From Giardia intestinalis (lineage: Eukaryota): a stretch of DNA of 64,000 nucleotides. The notes under the pieces are model-generated. The model saw only the letters and a list, made by a program, of their open reading frames with translations, was not told the DNA's origin and searched no databases. Position numbers and translations under genes: made by a program. Shown piece after piece: positions 28,638-37,672 of the stretch; position 1 is the stretch's first letter; each line of letters opens with the position of its first letter. Where the stretch lies: the NCBI GenBank assembly GCA_000002435.2, contig CM018793.1. One strand, written 5' to 3'.

Positions 28638-29846
28638 TCACATATATCGCCGTTGGAAGTTAATGTAGTCACTGGTAGACAAAACAGAACGAGACGACAA
28701 CACTTCACTTTCTTGCTTCGCCTCCTTGTGAAGGTTCCGAGCAATCTCCGTCTTGCGTTCTTTAATATATGCTATCCGCTGCTTATTCTTTCTTCTGAAG
28801 ATCAGGAACTTTGCAAGAAAGTACAGAGTAAGCCCCAGGATGGCCATGGTTAACAGAACAGTCAGGATGATGAGCCCCAGGAGCAGATGTCTCTTAACAC
28901 CCCGCTGAAGTAATTGGGTTGGGGCACAGAGCATCGAAAAAGAGGAGGAGAAAGTGGCATCCTTATTACAGTTGCACTTATAAGTCTGGGTCTCAGAGTC
29001 TAGCGCACAGGATCCATACCCGGTACAAAAGCTGTTGGTTCGGCCGTCAAAGCAAGTGCGAGGAAGGCAGCTGAAGTTGATAGTACTGTGAGTGATTGTA
29101 TAGTAGCTCTCAAAGCCAGGGAGGCACGACCTGCAGAATGTGCCCGTGTACGGATGGTTGCAGGTGCATGTCTTAGTGGCTATGTTGCAAGTACCGTATC
29201 CGTTGCAGACAGAGGGCTGACCTACTCCATAAAAAGTCATAGATACGCACTCCAGAGGATAACAGCTGTTGTTAACATCGGCAGAAGCCTCGTTACATAC
29301 GCAGCTATAAGTTGTAGATCCAGTTGCCCGAAGGTGTGGCTCACAAGTACCATATCCATTGCAGACAACATTTGGATCCAGGGTTTCTGGGTCCAGACAG
29401 ACCTTTGGGACGCAGACAGGAAGAATGCCTGGGGTCGTTTTTTCTATTGCCACGTCTGGGTTGCAGAACCTACACGGTATTCTATTAACATAAGCATCAA
29501 AGCAAACGCAATTCCCGCCCCCGAAGTCCAGCAGGCAATAGCCTCTCCCCCAGCATTCTGTCTTTTCTTTAGTATTTAGGTCTTCGGTGACACAATTATC
29601 GGCAATACACCTTCCATTTACCGATACAAGATAGTCACGAGCGCACAGACACTTGTGGTTGGTGTTATCGCACAACGCCCCCGGGTAGTTGCTGCAAAAG
29701 CTGTCTGTCAAGGGATCGTAGCAGGCTCTGCTCTGGCATATCCCGTCGCGAGCCATATACTTATCGGAGCAAAGGCATATCTCTTCCTTTGTCTGCGGGT
29801 CTGAAATACAACTGCATCCTATCGCGTTTTTCACACATTCACTCAT
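28638..29846 (-). CDS. High-cysteine membrane protein (HCMP, EGF/tenascin-like CXC-rich), single C-terminal TM
   Basis: About 402 aa and roughly 12% Cys, with CXC motifs (GCSCI, CLCSD, CVCFD, CVCNE, CTCNH, CNCNK). One TM segment (LLLGLIILTVLLTMAILGLTLYFL) and a short basic cytoplasmic tail. The track start is TTG 29849; the ATG is at 29846. No N-terminal signal peptide is evident. Confidence 0.7.
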   Translation of the reverse strand: MSECVKNAIGCSCISDPQTKEEICLCSDKYMARDGICQSRACYDPLTDSFCSNYPGALCDNTNHKCLCARDYLVSVNGRCIADNCVTEDLNTKEKTECWGRGYCLLDFGGGNCVCFDAYVNRIPCRFCNPDVAIEKTTPGILPVCVPKVCLDPETLDPNVVCNGYGTCEPHLRATGSTTYSCVCNEASADVNNSCYPLECVSMTFYGVGQPSVCNGYGTCNIATKTCTCNHPYTGTFCRSCLPGFESYYTITHSTINFSCLPRTCFDGRTNSFCTGYGSCALDSETQTYKCNCNKDATFSSSFSMLCAPTQLLQRGVKRHLLLGLIILTVLLTMAILGLTLYFLAKFLIFRRKNKQRIAYIKERKTEIARNLHKEAKQESEVLSSRSVLSTSDYINFQRRYM

Positions 29847-30117
29847 CAAATTAAATGATTAGAGCTTGGACCCTTGTTGAGGCATATACAACGAGCTGCC
29901 CAAAAAACCTGCTGCACCATACGAATGGCTGCTCCGCAGGCCAGTCCAAAACTTTAGAAAAATGCATCGATATAACCGGACGGAAAACTTAGCTATCTTC
30001 GGTACTAGCACCCCAGTATGCTATAGACAACTTTTGACGGATTATCTTGAATGATCACCAAACGACCTACAATAATTCCCTGAATGGCTGTTTTTTTGAA
30101 GTATGGGAGGTTTTTAT

Positions 30118-30351
30118 ATGCAGATCTTCGTCAAGACTCTCACCGGCAAGACCGTCACCCTTGAGGTTGAGCCCACAGATACCATAAACAACATCAAGGC
30201 GAAGATCCAGGACAAGGAGGGAATCCCGCCAGATCAGCAGCGCCTCATCTTCTCCGGCAAGCAGCTCGAGGACAATCGCACCCTCCAGGACTACTCCATC
30301 CAGAAGGATGCCACGCTCCACCTCGTCCTCCGCCTCCGTGGTGGTAACTAA
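30118..30351 (+). CDS. Ubiquitin, monomeric, with a one-residue C-terminal extension (Asn77)
   Basis: [76 protein letters not shown] + N, then stop. It is a single unit with no tandem copies or ribosomal fusion. An upstream in-frame ATG at 30103 would add MGGFY, but functional ubiquitin begins at M1-Q2, so I place the start at 30118. Confidence 0.95.
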   Translation: MQIFVKTLTGKTVTLEVEPTDTINNIKAKIQDKEGIPPDQQRLIFSGKQLEDNRTLQDYSIQKDATLHLVLRLRGGN

Positions 30352-30453
30352 GTCGGCAGAGTAAATTCATGCCGTGATTGCCACCTGGCCCTGATCGGGT
30401 CAGCGTGTGGAGCGGGTTGGAAGGCGTGTGGCGCTGGCCGTGACTGTTCTCTC

Positions 30454-32649
30454 TCAGCTGTTTAGGCTAGAGGACTGCGTGAGAGGCACACTGCCGTCTT
30501 GGGGCCTGACCGAATGCTCTGGGACGGAGGGGGATTGATCAAGCATTGCTGTTGTCAGAACTGCTGCGTTTGATGGGTCCCTCCCAGCAAAGGGTGCGTT
30601 AGCATGTCGGACTTCCTCTTCATCAGCGGTGATGGGGCGGCTGAGGCAGAAGTCCGCTACATCGGGCGTGATTCCCATATCCCCACTGCGGGCTAGAAGA
30701 ATCTCACTGAAATAGGTGGACAGCCCTACCTTACTGGCCCCAGTTGCTGCTCGGCTTCGATCGATGATTAAACCCATGCTCTCTGTCGAGTCAAGATCTT
30801 GAGCTTGTGTCTTTGCAATATCACTACTTGGTGCTCCCTTGCTCTCAAGAAGTCGAGTAGCAGCTATTTGCTGCTGCCTGGCTGTCTGCTTCATCACGTT
30901 GACGTCTGAAACAAGCATATCTGACTCTACACTTCCAGCCACTGCTTGCAATGCCACCTTCGAGCTGTGCATCTTAAGGGCATGCGGAACGTGCGAACCG
31001 TTGACAAAGTCAGTTGGCCCGCTAGCTGAGACGGGGTTATTGGCTGAAATGGATGAGACTTGGGTGATATACTCCTCTGCCCGAGGAGAAAAGACCACTA
31101 AAGGGTTCTCAGCGTTAGATGCGACGCTACAATCATCCACTATTTCATTTATCCCGCAAATAAATGAATTAATGGATATACTCTGGGAGGTGCTCGAAAT
31201 ACTCTTTGAAAGTTGGTGTGTCTGGTGCGCCGATGATGACAAAGATGGCAATGAGGGTTTGCAGGTTACGGACTCAGATAGCTGTGCATGAAGGGGCATC
31301 GACCAGTCACTTTTCGAGTAGTCAGGTGTTGTCAGAACTTCTATGGATTCGCTCGAGCGGTCAGACGAAATTGACACTGGCACAGATACTGATGCTGTGT
31401 CGGATGCGAATGCAGAACGAGTACTAGAAGGTGCCATAACATTCGTTGTTGGAGAATGAGATGGGCTGGACTGGGCGCTTGCACCAGGGATCAGCACGTG
31501 CGAAGATTGCTCATCAGCTAGAGAAGGTGTTGGGTGTCTGGCGAGAACGTCTGAGAAATTTTCTGGATTGCACGGTTGAGACTTACTGCTTTCTGAGTTG
31601 ATATCAGGCGGACTAGGATTCGGCATCTCAATGATGCTGACTGACTCACAAGAATCTGATTGTTTGGCACTGCGAAGGTGACGCTCATATGCAGATTGAA
31701 AGACGTCTGCTACCTCAGAAGCTACACGCTTCTCAAGAGCAAGCAAAAGGGAAGAATTGGCTAAGTAGCTGTCCTCACTGAGATTACTTTCATGACAGGA
31801 TTGCCTCTTAGATTCTTGTTTTGATAGCTTTGCTGGAGGACTCAAAGATGCATAGGTATGTCTGTCTTGTTTGCTGCTTCCCCTTTCCATCTCTGTCTGT
31901 GATACAGTTTGTACCTGTACTTGTACATGTTGCTCCCGTTTTTGTATGGGCGGAAGCCTGGTCAGAGCTTGAGTTCTATGCTCCATGCGAACTGTCCCAT
32001 AATAGGAAGGAATCTGGCAATCATCTTTGGACCGCGGTGAACTGTGCGAGCTGGCTACGTTAATATGTTCCTTGCTGTCATCAGCTTCCCGAATAGGCAA
32101 GGTCAATGGGAGCTGTGGAGCGGAAGCCGACCCTAGATTGGCTGATTCGTAGTCACTTATGTCCTCTTCTGGCCAGGACATCATAAGGGAGTCTTCCACG
32201 TTATGAATTGCTTGGATCAATGTTGGATGCTGGTGTAAACGCGCAACGTCAAGTACGAGCCGCAGAGAGTCCCTAGCGCTCCTGAGTGTGGACACTATCT
32301 TGAGGAATCGCCTCTTGTATATGTTCTTACGCGCCAGGGTCTCATTATATCGCCTTGTTACCCTTTCAACTTCCTCCTCTACTATCCGAGTCACCTTACT
32401 GGATAGAGCATCAACTTTAGATATGCGAGACAGTGCAAACTGCTTCTCCATAGTGCTAGTCAGCGCTTCTATCTTAGCTCGGAGGCCAGAGTTCTCACGT
32501 TCTAAGGCCTGCATCTGTAGATAAAGAGGGTAGCTCTCATGGGAATGGGTAAAGAGCGAATAAGAGTTAACACCAGTGGCAGCACCAGACACATTATAAT
32601 TCACACCCGCGACTCGGCTCGGATCCTGCATAAGCTGTCCTACGCTCAC
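30454..32649 (-). CDS. Hypothetical Ser-rich protein with N-terminal coiled coil
   Basis: 731 aa. N-terminus LQMQALERENSGLRAKIEALTSTMEKQF... is coiled coil. The remainder is Ser/Pro-rich low complexity. Confidence 0.5.
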   Translation of the reverse strand: MSVGQLMQDPSRVAGVNYNVSGAATGVNSYSLFTHSHESYPLYLQMQALERENSGLRAKIEALTSTMEKQFALSRISKVDALSSKVTRIVEEEVERVTRRYNETLARKNIYKRRFLKIVSTLRSARDSLRLVLDVARLHQHPTLIQAIHNVEDSLMMSWPEEDISDYESANLGSASAPQLPLTLPIREADDSKEHINVASSHSSPRSKDDCQIPSYYGTVRMEHRTQALTRLPPIQKREQHVQVQVQTVSQTEMERGSSKQDRHTYASLSPPAKLSKQESKRQSCHESNLSEDSYLANSSLLLALEKRVASEVADVFQSAYERHLRSAKQSDSCESVSIIEMPNPSPPDINSESSKSQPCNPENFSDVLARHPTPSLADEQSSHVLIPGASAQSSPSHSPTTNVMAPSSTRSAFASDTASVSVPVSISSDRSSESIEVLTTPDYSKSDWSMPLHAQLSESVTCKPSLPSLSSSAHQTHQLSKSISSTSQSISINSFICGINEIVDDCSVASNAENPLVVFSPRAEEYITQVSSISANNPVSASGPTDFVNGSHVPHALKMHSSKVALQAVAGSVESDMLVSDVNVMKQTARQQQIAATRLLESKGAPSSDIAKTQAQDLDSTESMGLIIDRSRAATGASKVGLSTYFSEILLARSGDMGITPDVADFCLSRPITADEEEVRHANAPFAGRDPSNAAVLTTAMLDQSPSVPEHSVRPQDGSVPLTQSSSLNS

Positions 32650-33806
32650 AGAGTGGAGACGCGAGGTATTTTTTCAGAGTCAGCTTTCCGGATTTGAAGC
32701 AGTTTCTTCGTTTCGGGGACAAAGGATACTCCCGCCTGCGTCTTTACTTTGACGCCCTTCGGCTTAATAAACCCTATGCCAACTTCTCCGAATTTCATCA
32801 GCTCTAGATTAGGGGGGAAGGAGGGCGCAGGGTTATCCCTTGGCTCTAAAACAGCAGGGCAATTAGGACACGGGGCTTTGCCAACACCTTCGCTAATCAT
32901 GTGTTGCCGCGGAGCCTTGGTAGGGTCATGAATGCAGACTTGCCGAAGGATCGTCACGGCCTTTGAAGGAACCTCCTCTCTCTTCTGACACGTTGATAGT
33001 AAGATGTTATAGGCAAGACTCAGATTATAGTATTCCGTCATTGCTTTATTATACATCTCCTGAAGCCTAGACTTCTCACAATTTATAGTATCAATCGTCC
33101 TCGTGAGAGCATCGATCTTCTCGGAGTAGAAGGTTTCGCGCAGGGTCTTCTCCATCATCAGCTGCGTCTTCTCATCGCTTAATCTTTGGACTTGCCTAGC
33201 CAGATCGGCTAGTTCTTCTGAGGTGGCGCGAAGTTTGGTCTCAAGCTCCTTATTCAGAACGTTCAGGACCATTAGATCCTCCTTGAGCTCCTTCATCGAG
33301 AGGCCGCGACAGTGCTCACTGGAAGATGCTTCCTTTTCGTCCTTCTCGTTAGAGGAGGCCCGATCGACCCCTTCAAAATGGTGTTGCTGCTGTTGTAGTA
33401 GATGTACTTGGCGCTCATAGTTAGCCATCTTTCCTGCTAGCTCATCTATCTTCTGTGTGTAAGAAGCCTGGGTGACCTTGAGCTGCTCTTGCAAGAGGAC
33501 GACCTCCATGTGTTTCGCCTTTGCATCGGAGAGTGCTGTGATATGCTCCTGCTCCTTGACAGAAAGCTGGCTCTGGAGCTGATGAACCACAGCGTGCAGC
33601 TCTGCCATCCGCTGCTCCGAGGCCCCATGTATTTGCTTGCACTCAACTCGCAAAATTTCGGCCTCGCTACATTTTTCCGCATAGTTCAGTTGTAGCTGGG
33701 CAATAAATCGTTGTGCCTCCAGTAGCTCCTCTTTGAGCTGCGCCGCCTCGATTTTCTGCGTCAGGCTACTGGGCATTTTTATTGCCAAATGCGGGGGTGC
33801 AGACAA
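32646..33806 (-). CDS. Hypothetical coiled-coil protein (a downstream ATG at 33776 is also possible)
   Basis: 386 aa, largely heptad-rich (..ELHAVVHQLQSQLSVKEQEH.., ..LQQQQHHFEG.., ..ELADLARQVQRLSDEKTQLMMEK..). The C-terminus has a CPNCP motif. Its stop overlaps the annotated start of the downstream gene by 4 nt. Confidence 0.5.
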   Translation of the reverse strand: MSAPPHLAIKMPSSLTQKIEAAQLKEELLEAQRFIAQLQLNYAEKCSEAEILRVECKQIHGASEQRMAELHAVVHQLQSQLSVKEQEHITALSDAKAKHMEVVLLQEQLKVTQASYTQKIDELAGKMANYERQVHLLQQQQHHFEGVDRASSNEKDEKEASSSEHCRGLSMKELKEDLMVLNVLNKELETKLRATSEELADLARQVQRLSDEKTQLMMEKTLRETFYSEKIDALTRTIDTINCEKSRLQEMYNKAMTEYYNLSLAYNILLSTCQKREEVPSKAVTILRQVCIHDPTKAPRQHMISEGVGKAPCPNCPAVLEPRDNPAPSFPPNLELMKFGEVGIGFIKPKGVKVKTQAGVSFVPETKKLLQIRKADSEKIPRVSTL

Positions 33807-34603
33807 GACGGGCCTATCTGGAGCTTAACGTTACGAGAGGAGATCTGCTGCTTCTTAAGAGAAAGAAATTCATCTATATCTGTGAAAATATGGTAGGTGA
33901 CGAGCCTGTCGCCTCCTTTCACAACATACAAAAGTGTCTCACTATCTGGAGGCAGCAAACGCTCATCGAAGAGGATGTCTCCATTGATATCCCTCAGCAC
34001 AAACTCTGTAGGACCAAAGGGAAGCGTCTGTGATGTGGAAGGAGCACCAGTCCCTCCCTCTGAAGTCTGCTTTAGTTGCGCACGTAGGTCCTCTTCGACG
34101 GCCATAAGTCTCTGCTTCTCTAATGCTAGTTGATAGATTGTCCGTGCATGCTTGTCTATTTCTGTCTGCATTTCGACAATGCGGCGAAGAAACTCCTCAT
34201 TCTGTTCCTTCAGTACATCCACGTCATAGCTTAACTTTATAGGATCTAGCGCTGGCTCTACAGTGTCACAGTAAAAAGTTCTGTCATACCTATATGCATC
34301 CTTTGCAATGGACTTAGCATACTGTTTAATGATGGGAATATATATCTGGCATTGACTCTTAGTGTGCAACGCAATTTCGGTCTGTACTACAGCAGTTGTT
34401 CCTCGCAGAAACGGTAAACGATCGAGTTCCCCCGTGGAAGTTGCCTTATCAACTGTTGAACCGCAGTGCAAAGAAACAGCAATGCTGGGGTCAATAACAC
34501 ATGTAGAACCATCCATGATGTCATTGGTTTCCGTAACAGCAGAATAATTTTCTTCTACACGTGTTGCCTCCTCAGGCATAGTAGCATTCGTAAGGTTCTC
34601 CAT
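33779..34603 (-). CDS. Hypothetical protein with central coiled coil
   Basis: 274-aa ATG ORF. It contains ..LKEQNEEFLRRIVEMQTEIDKHARTIYQLALEKQRLMAVEEDLRAQLKQ.. I recognise no domain. Confidence 0.45.
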   Translation of the reverse strand: MENLTNATMPEEATRVEENYSAVTETNDIMDGSTCVIDPSIAVSLHCGSTVDKATSTGELDRLPFLRGTTAVVQTEIALHTKSQCQIYIPIIKQYAKSIAKDAYRYDRTFYCDTVEPALDPIKLSYDVDVLKEQNEEFLRRIVEMQTEIDKHARTIYQLALEKQRLMAVEEDLRAQLKQTSEGGTGAPSTSQTLPFGPTEFVLRDINGDILFDERLLPPDSETLLYVVKGGDRLVTYHIFTDIDEFLSLKKQQISSRNVKLQIGPSCLHPRIWQ

Positions 34604-34690
34604 GATGAATTTTAAATTTCCTCTCGGTAGTTTTAGATGGTAACGGCAGGAGCTCCAGTGTACGCCACTAAGCTCAAAAGCAAGCGCGCC

Positions 34691-35425
34691 CTATGTGTAT
34701 CCTTCCTCAATAGAACGATATTGCCCATGCTCTGTGAGAAAGTGTTGAAAGGCATCCGTCTGAACGACGCTTAGTGTGGAACTAAGAAGCTGAAGGTATT
34801 CTGCTAGGCGCTTTCGCCTATCTTCTATGAAAAGGGGGTCATACAGGCTCTGAAATACGGATCTTTGAGGTGGTAGAGAGGGCAAGGGTCCCACCTTAAG
34901 ATCCAGCAAGGTGGCAGCTAGCCGCTTTACATCGTTGAAGCGTCGATAGACCATGTAGTAGCGCTTGTTCGCAGGTAGTTCCGACTTGAAAATCATCCTG
35001 TACTGTGTGTATGGATGGTTCCTGTCCATCATGGTGTGGGGTTGGTCTACAATAACCGCCGTAATGTGGGTGATAGGATTCTGTGGATCGTAGACGGTGG
35101 GCTTGCCCCAAGGAGGAAAGGCACTGGGGATAGCAGATAGCGCCCCCGTCTCTTCGGCCAGTGCATTGGCCCGGACCTTAGCTGCAGACAAAGCTGCATC
35201 GACAGACGCATAGGTTTTTATGTGGTGCAGCGCATGATAAAGAGTGCTTACAATGCTTTCGGCCTCTCGCGAGGTGGCCGTGCCCGCAGAGACCATGCCA
35301 CTGAGCTGATCCACCATGCTCGCAAGCTCTTCATACTCCTCCGGGTGCGACTGTGATATGGCCTCAATATCCGCCCTTAGCGCTTCAAGGGACCCTGCTG
35401 CAAACATGAGTACGTTTTTTATCAT
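34691..35425 (-). CDS. PX (phox homology) domain protein
   Basis: The C-terminal half matches the PX consensus: ...YMVYRRFNDVKRLAATLLD...PLPSLPPQRSVF...DPLFIEDRRKRLAEYLQLL (RR[FY]SDF..L, the PxxP loop, and the E.R...LE.YL helix). Confidence 0.7.
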   Translation of the reverse strand: MIKNVLMFAAGSLEALRADIEAISQSHPEEYEELASMVDQLSGMVSAGTATSREAESIVSTLYHALHHIKTYASVDAALSAAKVRANALAEETGALSAIPSAFPPWGKPTVYDPQNPITHITAVIVDQPHTMMDRNHPYTQYRMIFKSELPANKRYYMVYRRFNDVKRLAATLLDLKVGPLPSLPPQRSVFQSLYDPLFIEDRRKRLAEYLQLLSSTLSVVQTDAFQHFLTEHGQYRSIEEGYT

Positions 35426-35487
35426 TCACACCAAGAAACCTAGACCCCCACAGACTTCGCAGCGTGGAGAGTGGAGCACCAAAGAAG

Positions 35488-37536
35488 CTAGTCCTTATCT
35501 GGCATGCCGCTTCCGCCGATAAACTCTCTTAATAGGCTGAATTTAGGAACAAACTCGCTATTAATGGAAGCAACTTTTTCTAGGAGGGCGATAAGTTGTC
35601 GTGCCTCCTTGTATGCAGAGCTGTCGGGCTTGATCTCACAAAGCAATGGGTAGGCATGCGTGTTAAGGACACATAGCTCATAGTCCAACGCCGTATTGAA
35701 CATGATATCGGCCCTGTGCTGATGGGGATAGATCCACCTATCTTCTCCTACACGCAAATTCTTCAGTAGCTCGATTGTCTTTTCAGCCGTGAAACCGCGG
35801 AAATTGTTGTCGCGCACAATGCGTCTGATAAGGCGACAATCCCTGGAGGAGATCCGCATGCGGTCGTCCATGTTGATGGCAGTGAAGGGAGCAATAAAGA
35901 CCAAGATCTTGTTAGGCAGAGGGATTCTCCTGCTGAGGAGAGGATTGAGAGCGTGGATGCCCTCGATGATGATGATCCCCCTGAAAGGCATTATCATTTC
36001 TATGGTGGATTGCTTTCTTGTACCTGTCCTGAAATCAAAGATTGGGCTGAGAATCTTCTTTCCGCTGATAAGTGCCTCGAGATGATCGTTAAAGAGATCA
36101 AGATCCAGGGCGTTAACATGTTCGAAGTCATAGCTCCCATCCTCTGCCAGTGGGGTCTTCTCCCGGTCAACGAAATAGTTGTCAAGCGAAATGATAAGAG
36201 GTTCGCGGCCCATAACCTTGAGATTATATGCGAGCTTCTTGGCGAAGGTCGTCTTGCCGCTAGAGCTTGGACCTGATATGAATACAACCTTGATCTCCTT
36301 GTCCTCAATGTTAGAGACGGGTGCATAGCAATTAGACACTTCGGCAGAGGTCAGCATACCGGGCTCCACTTCAGAATCCGATGTGCCAGTAGAGCTAGTA
36401 GACACCCTTGCGTCCACTAGCTCCTGTGACATCGTTTTAGAGTCTACCTTGATGCTACGGGAGTTCACACCACTGTCTCCGTCGATTCGGAGACTCATCC
36501 CGAGAGTGTAGTTGGCGGCTCGCGTAGCCTTCTGGTATTGCTGAAGATACTCTCTATTGTTGGCAATTACGTCACAAAGCTCAGCAAGCTTCTTGTTCTG
36601 CATGGTTTCGCAGATTTGGATGAAACTCTTAATCATGCCCTTGTAGCACAAATTGTTCAAGTGCCCGATAGTCCGAACTTTCAAGACGCGGATCCACTGC
36701 GTGTATTCGCTATATACGTCGTGTAACAGTTCATTGGGCTTGAAGGGAATGAGCTCAGTAGGGGAGCGTTTAGATGGGAAGCTTATGACAAACCCATCTT
36801 TGTAAGTATGAAGATCGTAGTACTTAAGAAGACCTGTGACAGGTGCCAGAGGAGTGTGATAAATTTGCACATAGTCGTCGCACCTTACGGTCATCACACG
36901 AACCTCATTGAGGGACTTGAGGAGGGCGACAGAGTTATAGTCCGAGACGCTCTCCAAGGCTGTCTCCAAGTCATTAGCATTCATGGGAATGTTGCTAGAG
37001 ATAGGGCGGTTAGCCTTGATCAACAAGTTCAGCTCCTGTCGCAAATTGGTAACGATCTCTTCCGTAATATGTTTGTCATTGCTGAAAAACATCGATGAAG
37101 CATTTGTTATGCAGACGTCGTGATTAGCATCTTCCTTTGGGCCATGTGCACAGATGTCCGTGGTCTTTATATCCTCCATCTGAAGATTCTTGGAGCTATT
37201 ATCAACGTATAGATAGTAGGAGTGGCCCTGCGAGTGAGAAATCTGAAGTGAGTCTTGGGGGAACAACTCAGACCAGACCTTGCCCAAAGCGAAGATCAGC
37301 GACCTGCGATAGCACTCCGCGCCATCCGTTGTGGCCACAGAGTATGGGACAAGGGTGCAATTAACGCCCACCTTTTCGGAAAGCGAGGTAAGTTCGTTGT
37401 TGACCGTGCAGACGATGAACGGATGCCCATCACTAGGGAATTCGTCTGGGTACATGCGTATGATGTCGTAGATATGCATGCGCGCAAGGACCGTAATGGT
37501 ATGCCCGGTGGGAGTGGTGACCTGAACCGTGCGCAT
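35488..37536 (-). CDS. Uridine/cytidine kinase family P-loop kinase with long N-terminal extension containing a TGS-like (ThrRS/GTPase/SpoT) domain
   Basis: The C-terminal about 250 aa: VVFISGPSSSGKTTFAKKLA (Walker A), SLDNYF, YDFEHVNALDLDLF, PIFDF, IIIEGIHAL, RRIVRD. These are collinear with the uridine-cytidine kinase blocks (SQDSFY, FNFDHPDAFD, PVYDF, VLFEGILAF, RRVLRD). The N-terminus MRTVQVTTPTGHTITVLARMHIYDII...FIVCTVNNELTSL resembles a TGS domain. Confidence 0.7.
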   Translation of the reverse strand: MRTVQVTTPTGHTITVLARMHIYDIIRMYPDEFPSDGHPFIVCTVNNELTSLSEKVGVNCTLVPYSVATTDGAECYRRSLIFALGKVWSELFPQDSLQISHSQGHSYYLYVDNSSKNLQMEDIKTTDICAHGPKEDANHDVCITNASSMFFSNDKHITEEIVTNLRQELNLLIKANRPISSNIPMNANDLETALESVSDYNSVALLKSLNEVRVMTVRCDDYVQIYHTPLAPVTGLLKYYDLHTYKDGFVISFPSKRSPTELIPFKPNELLHDVYSEYTQWIRVLKVRTIGHLNNLCYKGMIKSFIQICETMQNKKLAELCDVIANNREYLQQYQKATRAANYTLGMSLRIDGDSGVNSRSIKVDSKTMSQELVDARVSTSSTGTSDSEVEPGMLTSAEVSNCYAPVSNIEDKEIKVVFISGPSSSGKTTFAKKLAYNLKVMGREPLIISLDNYFVDREKTPLAEDGSYDFEHVNALDLDLFNDHLEALISGKKILSPIFDFRTGTRKQSTIEMIMPFRGIIIIEGIHALNPLLSRRIPLPNKILVFIAPFTAINMDDRMRISSRDCRLIRRIVRDNNFRGFTAEKTIELLKNLRVGEDRWIYPHQHRADIMFNTALDYELCVLNTHAYPLLCEIKPDSSAYKEARQLIALLEKVASINSEFVPKFSLLREFIGGSGMPDKD

Positions 37537-37672
37537 TCAGCTTTTTCTGCGGTTCTGTGCAAATTATTTTAAAACAAATCTTCCTGGCAGGTTAAAATGA
37601 TGAAAAAGAGCATACAGTGTGCAAGGCAAAAATGAAACCTCAACATTAAAAAGGCAAGGTGCAGTGTCCCCG

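Noticed and set aside
30103-30117. Upstream in-frame ATG giving an MGGFY extension on ubiquitin (the track ORF start)
   Set aside because: Functional ubiquitin begins M1-Q2. The AT-rich tttttat immediately before the 30118 ATG looks like a typical Giardia initiator region, so the 30118 start is preferred.
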